A DNA stretch of 64,000 bases. Source: Amoebidium appalachense (Eukaryota; Protista; Ichthyosporea). Made by a program: the position numbers and the translations under genes. Shown piece by piece: positions 33,143 through 45,111 of the stretch. A model generated the notes under the pieces. It was given only the letters and a program-made list of their open reading frames with translations, was not told where the DNA came from and did no database searches. Location of the stretch: NCBI GenBank assembly GCA_963693365.1, contig CAVNZM010000012.1, positions 6,770,889 through 6,834,888 on the forward strand, written 5' to 3'. Every line of letters begins with the position of its first letter. Position 1 is the stretch's first letter.

Positions 33143-34018
33143 CCTGCACACAGGGCGCCCAGGCAGCGGCCACTGGGCCAAGCAGGCGGCCTACCAGCAG
33201 CAGCAGCCGGCCATGCATATATGTATGACGTCATCGTGCAGCCGGCGAGCCTCAAACCTGTACTTGCCCAACCCAGCGGGTCTACTTGTAGTCAACCTCA
33301 GGGTCGCTGTTGTCGATGTCGATGGGTGGCAGGTGCTCGGGTGCCTGCAGGCGGCGGCCCATGGTGCGCACGTCGTAGATGCCCACACTGGCCAGCCACT
33401 GCAGCAGCCCTCAGCCCGGCCCCAACCCCGGCCAGTCCCACCCCCGCACTCACCTTCCAGGTCGGTGCGTAGCTCCGGTGCTGCCCGGGCCTTCAGCTGG
33501 GTGAAGCGCCGCGACAGATAGCTTCCAAACCTGCCCTCCCGCCTAGTCAGGGCCTGCCGGCGCTGGCTGCCCCAAATACAGCCCCGTGGTGCCACGGCAC
33601 ACACAGACATACGAGCAAAATCCCACAAGCCACATGCTGCTCTGTCCCGCTGGAACGGCGCAGCATGTACGTGCACGCGGTCTGGCTGTGTGATACCCCT
33701 CAATCTTAAAACTCGCAGTCGGCCAGCCGGGCCAGGACTCGCCAGTTGATTTCACTCTCGTGCTCGTAGCCAGCCTCCTGCAGCATGCAGACCTGTTTAG
33801 AACCCCCCTCCCCCCCCCCCTCCCCTCTCAATCCACCCGGTTAAACACCTTTGCACAAGGTTCATGCTGTCTTCACGGTCCCAGCTGCGCCCCAGCTGCT
33901 GCACGTAATTACGATCTCCGGCCTGTGCCCTGTCCCAGCCCGTGAGCGCCCCCGTCCGTACCAGACTGAGTGTCTTTGGCTGGCCCAGGTCACGCACCAA
34001 CGTATCCTGCAAAACCAG
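33143..34018 (-). pseudogene. Decayed fragment of a Reb1/TTF1/DMTF1-like Myb-domain gene
   Basis: Exon remnants read RNYVQQLGRSWDREDSMNLVQ / LQEAGYEHESEINWRVLARL / RFGSYLSRRFTQLKARAAPELRTDLEGLLQWL. This resembles the last Myb repeat of DMTF1/Reb1 (W..ED..NL...E.EINW..L). There is an in-frame stop and a damaged acceptor. Confidence 0.55.
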
Positions 34019-34568
34019 CTGTTTGAAAAAAGAAAGGGGCTGAGCCGCTATAGAGAATAAGGCTTGGCCCAATGGGATTTAGAATCGATATTCCGTATTT
34101 TCCCCTATTATCGTCGTATTCACTACTGCCTGCCGTTTTTGGGATGGGTACTAGCCCTAAGACGACTTAGACGGTATACGAAACGTGCCGAGCCGGTGTG
34201 ACAGGTGTTGTTTTTCGGGGGGGGGAAGGGGAGGGGGTTGGTGGGGTAAGGCGAGGGAGGGATGAAAGGGGGGGGGGGGGGGGGGGGGGAGGGGGGGGGG
34301 GGGGGGGGATTCGAAGGTGGGGTGGGGGGCCACAGAGACTTTGAAACAGCACCAGGAGGAGATTGAAAGCACACGAATAAGACGTTAAGTTCATGAATCC
34401 CTCCCCTCCCCCATTCCTACCCCCCCCCCCCCCCCCCGACACACACACACACACACAGATCCTCCCCCTCGAGCTCCAGTTTTCCACGAATCAAGGGTGA
34501 ATGTATGAACTAGAGTTGGGTAACAAGACGAAAAACCCCCGTGGGTAGAGGGGGGAAAGGGGGAGTTG

Positions 34569-34617
<49 letters not shown>

Positions 34618-34659
34618 AGGGGGGCGGGGGGAAAGAGCGGGGAAGGGGAACTGAAGAGC

Positions 34660-34896
34660 AATAATAATGGTGGGTGGCTGATGCTCACTGTATTTCTAGT
34701 CAATCAAGTGCTGTCTAGAGAGATTTTGAGAAGCAAAGGGTAGCGGCTGAGTAGCTGTTTGCTATCGACTTTATTGGGGAGATATAAAAGTCTGGATTGC
34801 TACTTTTTTGTCAACGTACATGTGAGTGGATAGGTGCGTGTGTGGGTTGGGTGGGATTTGGGTGGGCGGGTTGGACGGGCTTGGGTGGGTTGGCTT

Positions 34897-34972
<76 letters not shown>

Positions 34973-34977
34973 CGGTG

Positions 34978-35022
<45 letters not shown>

Positions 35023-35470
35023 TGTTAATGTGTTGCACGTCAAAAATTCAGCCCCAAGACACAGGCCAACTGAATGCAACCAAGCAGTGCCCCAGCCCAC
35101 AAGAAAGCTGCAACACCATCCAAGCCAATGGAAAAGCCGGCATGAGGGAGCATGATGACAGGTGTTACCCAATGAAATTAGCCAGTTATTTACGTGCCAT
35201 TTTTGGCAGGTGGCTAACCATAAAAGGTTTAACGTTATGTCCCTCTGCTGGCTAACGTTTTTGGCTGCAGCGCTGCCTGCAGGAATATTATTTCTGCAAA
35301 ACAATATAGTAAAAATTATAAGCCGTCAGGATAAATAAAGATAACAGCCAAAAAAGCGCTCTTGAGGGTTGATAACATCGCTACAAACTCAGCCAGTCCC
35401 AAAAACCATTATGCTGCATGAGGGAGGTTGAAGAAACCGGCAGCCAAAAAGCAAAAAAACGTAATTGTCA
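34660..35470 (+). pseudogene. Decayed duplicate of the distal part of SURF2 intron 5 plus the last exon
   Basis: 35030-35150 and 35425-35460 match 30420-30575 (caagcagtgc.ccagcc.a.aagaaagctgcaa; aagccggcat; gaagaaaccggcagccaa.aagcaaaaaa). The intron block gtggctgatgctc..gagaag..gggtagc matches 30155-30220. Confidence 0.75.
35149..35415. mobile_element. 267-bp insertion with 9-bp TSD (MULE-like non-autonomous element)
   Basis: gcatgaggg is duplicated at 35140-35148 and 35416-35424. The ends agcatgatg / cattatgct form an 8/9 inverted repeat. The insertion splits the duplicated SURF2 exon. Confidence 0.65.
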
Positions 35471-35533
35471 ATGCCCGTGAGAACCGATAGTATTTTTATT
35501 TCATACGTTAAGGCTGCAGGGGGGAGAGGATGA

Positions 35534-35567
<34 letters not shown>

Positions 35568-35873
35568 CTTAGGGGCCTGTCATGGGAACTACCGTCTTCA
35601 ACTAATCACCGAATGTACCCTAGCTAGGGTGCTAATGGTGCAGCCAGCTAACCTTACACCCTTTTTTTTTACCAGGTAGTACACACTTAGCCCATGGTTT
35701 TGCTTGAACCGAGTCTACATGGGAAGCACGTTCTGCCAGTTTTCTGCAAAACAGATCAGCTATATTGCTGATTGCACGTATGCCATTGGATGGTTTATGG
35801 CGCATCTCTCCTTCGTCCTTTCTCGCGACTTTCTTTTTTTTCTTTCCCTTTTTTTTTTTTTTTTGTTGGGGGG

Positions 35874-35904
<31 letters not shown>

Positions 35905-36345
35905 AATCCGGAAAAGGGGAAGGGGGGGGGGGGGGGCGTGGGAAGGTGGTCTCCGTTGTATTTGTGGATGGATGCAAACCCAAGTTGCGTCCTTTCATTC
36001 CCGTTACTAGGCTTTATTAATTAACTAAATGGTGCATGTGATTGGCTGTTAACACAAGATGGAATTCTATGTAACAGCTTCCAATATGGCTGCTGCATAA
36101 TGGTGTGTTCCTGTTTCAGTCTTAGATTTTGGTGCACGTGAATGTGCACTCTAATTGCTGTTGTAGCAGTTTAAGGTGTGCAAGCATTTGAGTGCGAATG
36201 GTCGCGGTTCAAACTGTATGAAAATACGAATCAATGCCTACCAGGCTGTGTGCATGTGCATAGTTGGTGATTGCATGCACATGTGCAGGTGTGTGCGCTC
36301 ATTGTTTGTGTTTGTGTGTGTGCTTGTGTGCGCGCGTGCACGTGT

Positions 36346-36376
<31 letters not shown>

Positions 36377-37542
36377 CCGGTGTGCAGGTGTGTGCGTGTG
36401 TGTCAGACTCTCTTGATATGTGTGCGTGTACACGCGCACCGTATGCATGGATGCATGCGTGCGAGTCACGGGGTGTGCTTCGTAGACTTCAGTGCACACG
36501 TTTCCATGTGTACATCCAATCGCAAGTCCGTAAATAGGGGAGGGAGGAAAAGTGCATGTGTATATGTCACATAAAGGGGGGGTGGGGGGGTGGGAGAGAA
36601 GGAGATAATGCAGAGGGGGGAAATGGACTCTAGAGATCTTTTTATTATTGGGGTGTGTGTTTGTTTGAGGGGGGGAAAGGGGGGGGAGAGGGGGAGGGGG
36701 AGGAAGAGTGTTAGAGGGCTTAGAAAAGAATCTGTCGGAAGCGTGGGCGGATGGGTGGGTCACCGTGAGTTGATGTTGGATGAATCGGTAAGTGAGTTGG
36801 TGGGTTAGGGGGTGGGGACGGTTCAGTGGTGGTGGTGGTAGTGTGTGGTGTGTTGGGGGGGGGGGGGGAGGGGGGGGGGGGGGGGTGGGAGGGGGACGGA
36901 GGGGAGGGGGGGGGGGGGCACGCCACTAAACACGTGTGAACAATGTCATATGCTCTCAACTGCCGACACGCTGCCATCAGGCAAACATTTTATAGATAGT
37001 AATTCTCGAATTCTATCAACCACATCGAAGACTTTTATTCTTTGGCCACACCCGTTAACGTCGAACAATATGGATCTCTGGGTAATACTGAACGTTTTGA
37101 CTCCGTATGTAGGGGCTAACTTTTGATTAGATGATTTGCAGGTGACCAACGAGGGGTGAGCCAACCATCATGATGTATCAAACCAAGTTGCTTGCTGGGT
37201 CCTCGAAACCAACAGTTTATGGGCCCAAGGTACTCGCAGGGAAGATAGGTGGGTGGGTGGGTGGGTGGTGGTGGTGGTGGGGCGGGAGGGGGGGGGGGGG
37301 GGGGGGGGGCATGTTTGCGCAGGTGGGTTTTCTTTATTATTATTATTATTCTATTTTTATTTATTTTTTGGGCGGGGGGGGGGGGGGGGGGGAAGGGGCC
37401 CAGGGGAGGGGGGGGGAAGGGGGGGGGGGGGGGGGGGGCTGCAAGTATATTCCGACTTTTCGCACTCACTACTATACTTGATTGTTTTCGAATCTTCCGC
37501 CTAAATATTAATCATCCCAGAGTCAATTCTTAGGAATTCTTG

Positions 37543-38266
37543 ATTTTGAAACGGGGAGGGGGGTAGTAGTAACTTTTTTTGGGGGGGGGGGGGGACCCAT
37601 CCCCCCCTTTGGACAGGTGCCCCCCCCCCTCCCCCTCCTTCGGGGGGGACCCACCCACCCCTCCGGCTAGCATGGGGGGGGGGGGGGGGGGGGGGGGGAC
37701 CCACCACCGAATTGAGCAGGGTGGTTCTCCCCTCCGCTGGTGGTGGTGGTGGTGGGGGGGGGGGGGGGGGGGGGGACCCACCCACCCATTGGCTGACATC
37801 GAGTGAAAGTTTAATAATATATCAGATACTATGTGACCAGATCACATAATAGTGCTATAATCAGCAGCAGTTTACATACAATACCAAAACGTAAACATTG
37901 AGGCTAACTAATAGGATTCCTTGATCACTTGCAACTCAGGATATATGCCATACGGTCATACTCCCCCCTCCCGGGACCCCCCCCCCCCCCCACCCTCCCC
38001 ACCCCCCCCCCCCCCTCTCCCCCCCCCCCCCCCCCCCCCCCCCCGGGGGGCACAAACGGGTGGGAAGAGTGTGTGTGTGTGTGTGTGCGTGTATGTGTGC
38101 GTGTGTGTGTGTGCGTATGTGTGTGTGTGTGTGTGTGTGTGTGTCACAGTGTTTGTGTGTGTGTGTGTGACACTGTATGTGCGTGTGCGTGTGTGCGTGT
38201 GTGCGTGTGCGTGTACGGGCGCGCGCGCGCGCGTGTGTGTGCGCGTATGCGCGCGCGCACGCGCGT

Positions 38267-38311
<45 letters not shown>

Positions 38312-38320
38312 ATGTGTGCG

Positions 38321-38389
<69 letters not shown>

Positions 38390-38536
38390 CACTGTGTGCG
38401 TACATACATGACGTGTGTGTGCGCGTGTGCTTGTGCGGCCGCTCATGCGCGCGCGCGTATGTGTGCATGTATGAGTGCGCGCGCGCGTGTGTGGTGTGTG
38501 TGTGTGTGTGCACGTGAGTGTGTGTGTGTCAGGGGG

Positions 38537-38568
<32 letters not shown>

Positions 38569-38854
38569 GGGGGATATGCATCAATGGCCAAAACGAATAC
38601 CGTCTTTGGTGGGTGGAAACTTCGGAGACTCTTTAATACCATGATCACGCGCATGCAGGGGGGGGAAGGGGGGGGGGGGGGGGGGTGAGGGGGGGGAACC
38701 CACCACCCCACTCGGCCAAGTGGGTCCCTCCCCCCCCGGAGGGGGGGGGGGGGACCCACCCACCCCTGCGGCTACCTTGGGAAGGTGGGTACCACCAGGG
38801 GGGACGTCGATATTTACTACTCCCCCCCCCTCCCATTTCAAATTCAAAAATCCC
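37543..38854. mobile_element. PIF/Harbinger-like MITE, ~1.3 kb
   Basis: ~40-bp imperfect TIRs (ggaattcttgattttgaaacgggg..agtagtaa versus reverse-complemented gggatttttgaatttgaaatggg..agtagtaa). TTA TSD at 37540-37542 and 38855-38857. Subterminal GGGGGACCCACCC repeats at both ends. Confidence 0.72.
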
Positions 38855-39321
38855 TTAGGCTAGATGGGGGGAAAGGCCGGGGGGGGAGAGTTCGGGGATA
38901 TGGAAGGAAGGAAGCACGCTGATGTATAATGAGTGAGCACCTTACGGCAAGCCTCACCTGGAGAGCCGGGGGGGGGGGGGGGGGGGGGGGGGGGGATGCC
39001 CGACATCTTAAATAATAGTATGCATATGTAGCCTTGTATTTCTAGATATGATGCCGGGATTGAAAGCTTAGTTGAGTTGAAATAGGAAAGTGATGCCCAG
39101 AGATCCATGTTTTTTGACATCAACTGCAATGCTTTATGTCATTTAATTAACGTTATGTGACTGTGTCTGAAATTAGTTGGTGAGTGTGGGCATCGGCATA
39201 ATTTATTCTCTCATATTAAGATATCCGAGGTATGTACAGATTTTCGGACCTAGAACAGTCATGGCAGCCAGAGGGATGAGTGGGGCCCCCTTACGTCTCC
39301 TCCCTGTGTGTGTGTGTGTGT

Positions 39322-39366
<45 letters not shown>

Positions 39367-41669
39367 CTCCTCAGATGCCATGTGTTGTTGAATTTTGCAT
39401 CCTCCCCCCTCACCCCCCCAACGGGCAAGTGGGGAAGGGGGGGGGGGGGGGGGGGGGGGATAGTGATTATTGGGGATTTGTCCAAGTCCCCCCCCCCCCC
39501 CCCCCCCCCCCCCGTCTTCCTCCGGGAAAAAAAGAGAGAAATACATCAAAAAAATCTATTGCCAAGCATCCCCGGTCTTCGCTTCTGCCAGTGGACACAA
39601 AATATCGAAACATGTGCATAATTGGAATCAGTGACAAATGAAACTTCTGAGACGGGCATATATCACACACTTCCAGTAGCCGGGGCAATTCCAATCTCTT
39701 CACTTCTCGACTGGTGTGGTAGACCCCATCAAACCCAACTGCTGAAGCTATTTTGGCCAAAATTATGTTGACAGACATATACTGGCAACAGATTAGATAG
39801 AAAGAGGCTACACCCCTGTGGCTTTGTACAACTTTAGTATGACCTATTGTGACGGTACCTTAGTTTGCATATTAATTAGCTTGGGATTTTCAGTTGTCAA
39901 TGACATACTTGAAGCGCCCAACCACATAAATATTAGCAGAATAATCCTGCTTCGCGCAGCAAGCTCATTATTCTGCTGATGTGATTGGCCCTTCATATTG
40001 TCTACAATATCACTAGTACTGCAACTTCACATACACGGGAACGGTGCCTGCCTATGTAGCTGGAGTAGGCAGGGAAAAAACAAAAAAAGAAAACGCAGCA
40101 GCAAGTTTGAGCGACTGTGCAGTAACAAAGGCTACCCCTAAAACATATTAATATACATCTGCAATGCTACCAATGAATAATATGCATGCACTACCTAGTC
40201 TAGCGTACTCGGAATGAATGGGAGGGCCAGGCCAGTGCCGAATTCGTTGCGGCTCGCTTTCGCTGAGTCTGACACTATCACTAATCACCCTGCACGTGGC
40301 ATTTCATCAGTTTATTCATTCTCTTGCTGATGAATTGGCCAAGTTGATATTGATATCAGCGTGAGAAACGCGCAAGAAACGCGCATGGTGTTGATTATGT
40401 GGCTGTCAATTATATTAAAGTTGACCGGTGTCGACCATATGGCTCACTAGCTATTGTAATCAGAAGACCTGGGTGTCCATAGTAGTGGAGCTCTGACCTC
40501 TGCTCATGATCAGACTACGGTGTGTGTATACTGACGTCGACAAAAGATGCCGCGCCGTCCTTTTGCAACGTACATACACGTACATATGTGGTGCTGCTTC
40601 TTTTTGATTTCCATCGTTTTGAGTACCAATTAATATATTTACAAAGTGCTGTCGCTGGGGGAGCACCGGCATTACAAGAGAACCCCGCTGATGATGATTC
40701 ATCATACTCGGGTGACCATGGCTGCGGACTCTAAGAGGGTACGCCCCTTATAAATTGCCCTTAGACAGATCTACCAGAAAGTTTCTGTAGACCACTTTAT
40801 CACTTCAACTGATCAAGATGCCGTGATACAGTTCGAATGACTGATAAGAGTGCTGTCACACTGCTATGGTACAGGACACCCTCCATGATCACGTTGCCAG
40901 GTTCAAGCAGGATGTGGCTAGATGTGCAGCGGCCATTAATATACGTCTATGCAATTTTGTTCTCTCTTTCTATTTTCCCCGAATATTGGGGGGGGAAAGA
41001 CCACTCACTCATCTTGTTACCTCATTTTTTATCATGAAATCCCACGCTTTCATCCTTCGCGTGTTGTGAGTGCAAGTGAGAAACAGCCAAGCGCATCAAG
41101 CAGTAAAAGGCATCAAGCCCGGGAAGTTGGGAACCCCACAGGAATGTGGTTCGCATAACGCTTTTATGATTAGTCGAATGTGGCCAATCAGAGTTGCACA
41201 AAGAACAGCGGGGGGATTACGAAAAAATCGTCGTAATTACGATTAACGAAAGACCCCGATACGAATAAGGTTAGGGTGCCGTCGTAACAGGTTTCGTATC
41301 AGAAGTATAGCATTATAAACGCTTTAAGGCCCCTTAATATCTAACTTTACCTAATTTTTTCAATATTTCTGTTCAAGAACATATCTATAGCGCTTCTCAC
41401 GAGCAATATCGAACCCCGACAGGTGTCCAGGGCTTGTAATGTTGCGATACTTAATTTGTAAAAACGCGTATTTTGAGTTTTGTGACTGGAGGGGCGTTTT
41501 TAGCTAGGCTTGCAGATCCCCAAGAACCCCCTACGATTAAGAAACTGTCCGTTACGATTGGCCAAAGGACAATACGATTAAGCTGGCCACCCCCAGCCCA
41601 ACCCTGACAAAGAATATTCGACAGATAAATTCGCATTCCTGAATTTTCGTTATCAGTGCAATACGACGG

Positions 41670-41750
41670 TGATTGGCCAACCTATCAAAGTTTTGAATTC
41701 CTTTCCCATCATAAGATGGATAGCACGGCGACCTCGCGGGTATATAAAGC
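41670..41750 (+). promoter_or_regulatory. CCAAT and TATA boxes of the EGF-repeat gene
   Basis: gattggccaa at 41671 and tatataaa at 41741, about 110 bp upstream of ATG 41854. Confidence 0.45.
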
Positions 41751-41853
41751 CGCTGCACTGTACGAGTCGATCCATCCAGCAAAACTCAATCAGTCGAATT
41801 AACATTTCCATTATCAGCGCGGCAACCATCAGACAACGCACTCAACTGCGAAA

Positions 41854-44415
41854 ATGCTGAAAGCCGTGGCGTGTATGGCCGCCCTTTTTCTGGGGGCTTC
41901 AGCATCACCTCTCCGGTTTTTCTATCACACCCGCCGTGATGCTCTCAAGACCTACCCGCTACTGTATGGCCAGTTCAACAACGCTGGCACCCTCACCGTC
42001 AGCATCACGGGCAGCACCATGACGCTGGGCATCAACTTTTACGCACCCATCATGAAGGAGACCCAGATAGCCGTGGGCTGCACCATTCAGGACATCGGCA
42101 CCAACTCGCCCGGCCTGTTCAAGGACCTTGCAACCGACGGCAACCTCCGCTCCTACGGCGCAGCACACACCAACCTTGGCGGAGTGCAGACCGACAGCTA
42201 CACCCTCAGCCTGCAGACTGACGTGGTGTGCCCCTCTGGCAGCTACGTGCTGCTGGTGCATGTGGCCGACAACAACGGGCAGACATCGTGGGCCTGCACT
42301 AGCTGGGACCCGGTCACAAAAACATGCAGCTGCAATTACCCCGACAGTGCCCGCTGGACATACTGCGCCGAAATCACCAATGGGCCACCCGACACCGTGA
42401 CCACGACTACAACCACAACGGTGGCACCAACAATTACCACAGTGGCTACAACAACCGTAGACGTGTGCTCAGCCTGCTCCCCTAATGCTCATTGCCTTGA
42501 GAGCGTTTGCATCTGCAACACTGGGTATACGGGGGATGGGGTCACATGTACCGACATTGATGAGTGCGCCTCTGACACAGACAACTGCGACGTTCACGCA
42601 ACATGTTCCAACACCGACGGCTCCTTCACATGCACCTGCAACACCGGCTACACGGGCAACGGAGTCACATGCGGTGATATTGATGAGTGTGCCGCTGATA
42701 CGGACAACTGCGACGTCCACGCAACGTGTTCAAACACCGACGGTTCTTTCACATGCGCCTGCAACACCGGCTACACAGGCAACGGAGTCACATGCGGTGA
42801 TATTGATGAGTGTGCCGCTGATACGGACAACTGCGATGTCCACGCAACGTGTTCCAACACCGACGGTTCCTTTACATGCGCCTGCAACACCGGCTACACG
42901 GGTGACGGTGTAACATGCACTGATATTGATGAGTGTGCCGCTGATACGGAAAACTGCGACGCCCACGCAACCTGCTCCAACACCGATGGTTCTTTCACAT
43001 GCGCCTGCAACACCGGCTACACGGGCAACGGCGTAACATGCAGTGATATCGATGAGTGTGCCGCTGATACGGACAACTGCGACGTCCACGCAACGTGTTC
43101 CAACACCGACGGTTCCTTCACATGCGCCTGCAACACCGGCTACACGGGCGACGGCGTAACATGCACTGATATTGATGAGTGTGCCACTGATACGGACAAC
43201 TGCGACGCCCACGCAACCTGCTCCAACACCGACGGTTCCTTCACATGCGCCTGCAACACCGGCTACACGGGCGACGGCGTAACATGCAGTGATATCGATG
43301 AGTGTGCCACTGATACGGACAACTGTGATGTCCACGCAACGTGTGCCAACACCGACGGTTCCTTCACATGCGCCTGCAACTCCGGCTACACGGGCAACGG
43401 CGTAACATGCAGTGATGTCGATGAGTGTGCCACTGATACAGACAACTGCGACGTCCACGCAACGTGTTCAAACACCGACGGCTCCTTCACATGTGCGTGC
43501 AACACGGGCTACACGGGCAACGGTGTAACATGCAGTGATATCGATGAGTGTGCTGCTGACACGGACAACTGCGACGTCCACGCAACGTGTGCCAACACCG
43601 ACGGTTCCTTCACATGCGCCTGCAACACCGGCTACACGGGCAATAGCATAACATGCAGTGATATCGATGAGTGTGCCACTGATATGGACAACTGTGATGT
43701 CCACGCAACGTGTTCCAACACCGACGGTTCCTTCACATGTTCTTGCAACACAGGCTACACGGGCAATGGTGTTACGTGCAGTGATATCGATGAGTGTGCC
43801 GCTGATACGGACAACTGTGACGGCCACGCAACGTGTTCCAACACCGGCGGCTCCTTCACCTGTGCCTGCAACACCGGCTACTCTGGCAACGGTGTTCAGT
43901 GCAAGCAAACGGATTTCTGCTCTCTCTATGGCCAGTCTCATCCTTCGGGCGTCGTCACCGTGACAGACTGGCTCATGCCCACCGGCACGCTTAAGATCAC
44001 AATCGACACCACCGCCCTCGGGATCAACATCTTCAACAGTCATGTAGCCGTGGCGTGCAACAAAGAAAACATCCCGCAGGTGAAGACGCAGGGATACCCT
44101 GTACCTGGTCAGTTCGCCAAGGACTGTCGCCCTGGGACAGAGTACACGTGTGTGGGTGCTGCCCACGATCCGGTCAACGGCAACCACGATGAGTTCACGC
44201 TTCAGGTCGGGAGCCTCGGATGCAACTCGCTGGTGGTGGTGGTGCACTACACGCTGGTGAATGGCCAGACTACGTTTGGTTGTGGCAAGTGTCTCTACGG
44301 CACCAACGGCCTGCCCGTGGCCCCGTACTGCAACTATGCCTACAGTGGCACCCGCTGGGCCTACTACATCCCCTTCACCCTGGGTCTGCCTGCTGCGCCA
44401 GCTGCAGCACACTAG
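41854..44415 (+). CDS. Intronless secreted protein, 853 aa: signal peptide, domain X, Thr-rich linker, one EGF, 11 Ca-binding EGF repeats, second domain X
   Basis: Open 2562-nt ORF with signal peptide MLKAVACMAALFLGASA and repeats DIDEC..DTDNCD.HATC.NTDGSFTC.CNTGYTG.G.TC. No transmembrane segment evident. Confidence 0.93.
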   Translation: MLKAVACMAALFLGASASPLRFFYHTRRDALKTYPLLYGQFNNAGTLTVSITGSTMTLGINFYAPIMKETQIAVGCTIQDIGTNSPGLFKDLATDGNLRSYGAAHTNLGGVQTDSYTLSLQTDVVCPSGSYVLLVHVADNNGQTSWACTSWDPVTKTCSCNYPDSARWTYCAEITNGPPDTVTTTTTTTVAPTITTVATTTVDVCSACSPNAHCLESVCICNTGYTGDGVTCTDIDECASDTDNCDVHATCSNTDGSFTCTCNTGYTGNGVTCGDIDECAADTDNCDVHATCSNTDGSFTCACNTGYTGNGVTCGDIDECAADTDNCDVHATCSNTDGSFTCACNTGYTGDGVTCTDIDECAADTENCDAHATCSNTDGSFTCACNTGYTGNGVTCSDIDECAADTDNCDVHATCSNTDGSFTCACNTGYTGDGVTCTDIDECATDTDNCDAHATCSNTDGSFTCACNTGYTGDGVTCSDIDECATDTDNCDVHATCANTDGSFTCACNSGYTGNGVTCSDVDECATDTDNCDVHATCSNTDGSFTCACNTGYTGNGVTCSDIDECAADTDNCDVHATCANTDGSFTCACNTGYTGNSITCSDIDECATDMDNCDVHATCSNTDGSFTCSCNTGYTGNGVTCSDIDECAADTDNCDGHATCSNTGGSFTCACNTGYSGNGVQCKQTDFCSLYGQSHPSGVVTVTDWLMPTGTLKITIDTTALGINIFNSHVAVACNKENIPQVKTQGYPVPGQFAKDCRPGTEYTCVGAAHDPVNGNHDEFTLQVGSLGCNSLVVVVHYTLVNGQTTFGCGKCLYGTNGLPVAPYCNYAYSGTRWAYYIPFTLGLPAAPAAAH
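42553..43905 (+). repeat. Coding tandem repeat, 11 x 123 bp (cbEGF)
   Basis: 41-codon unit, near-identical at the DNA level. Confidence 0.95.
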
Positions 44416-45041
44416 AGACAAAATCCACGCAAACCTACCATAGGTATCCTGATATCTTAGTTAGTGTAATATATCAATCATGTGTTAGATAATATGGTAT
44501 GCTGGCATCATGGGGACCAGCAACATCATTAGTGTGAAATTAGCCTGTGGTGTGCCCAGACGAAGGACTGTTTAGACCATGTTTTATATTCTTGGCGGAT
44601 GATGTTGTGCTCTCGAGAAGGTGCAAAATCATATGGGAGAAGTCTGCATAGCTGGCAGCTCGGAAGCCAGCAATGTCAAATAATAAATGTTCATCATTAT
44701 GTTGTGTGCTTAAACTGATGCTCAGTTAACTATGATGAACTCATCAGGTGTTTCCGGTAGTTTGTGCTGCACCACTGTTTTTTATGTTGTGCGACTTAAT
44801 TTCTCCGTGAGCCGTTAGGATTTTTTGAGTTGATGTTGAGCAAATGTGTGCCCGATATCTGTCAATCGTTCATTTATTGTGCACGGTGGACACGTGCACT
44901 TATGTGTATTGTTAGTCCGTGTTGTATACAAAACTTTAATGGGTTTGTCCGGAGGTGTGTGTGTTTGTGTGTGTGTGCGTGCCGGCGTGACTGTGTGTGT
45001 GTGTGTGTTCGACACTGTGTGTGTGTGTGTGTGTGTGTCAC

Positions 45042-45111
<70 letters not shown>

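Noticed and set aside
42730-44421. Long antisense ORFs over the EGF gene
   Set aside because: Shadow frames of the repetitive GC-rich sense CDS.
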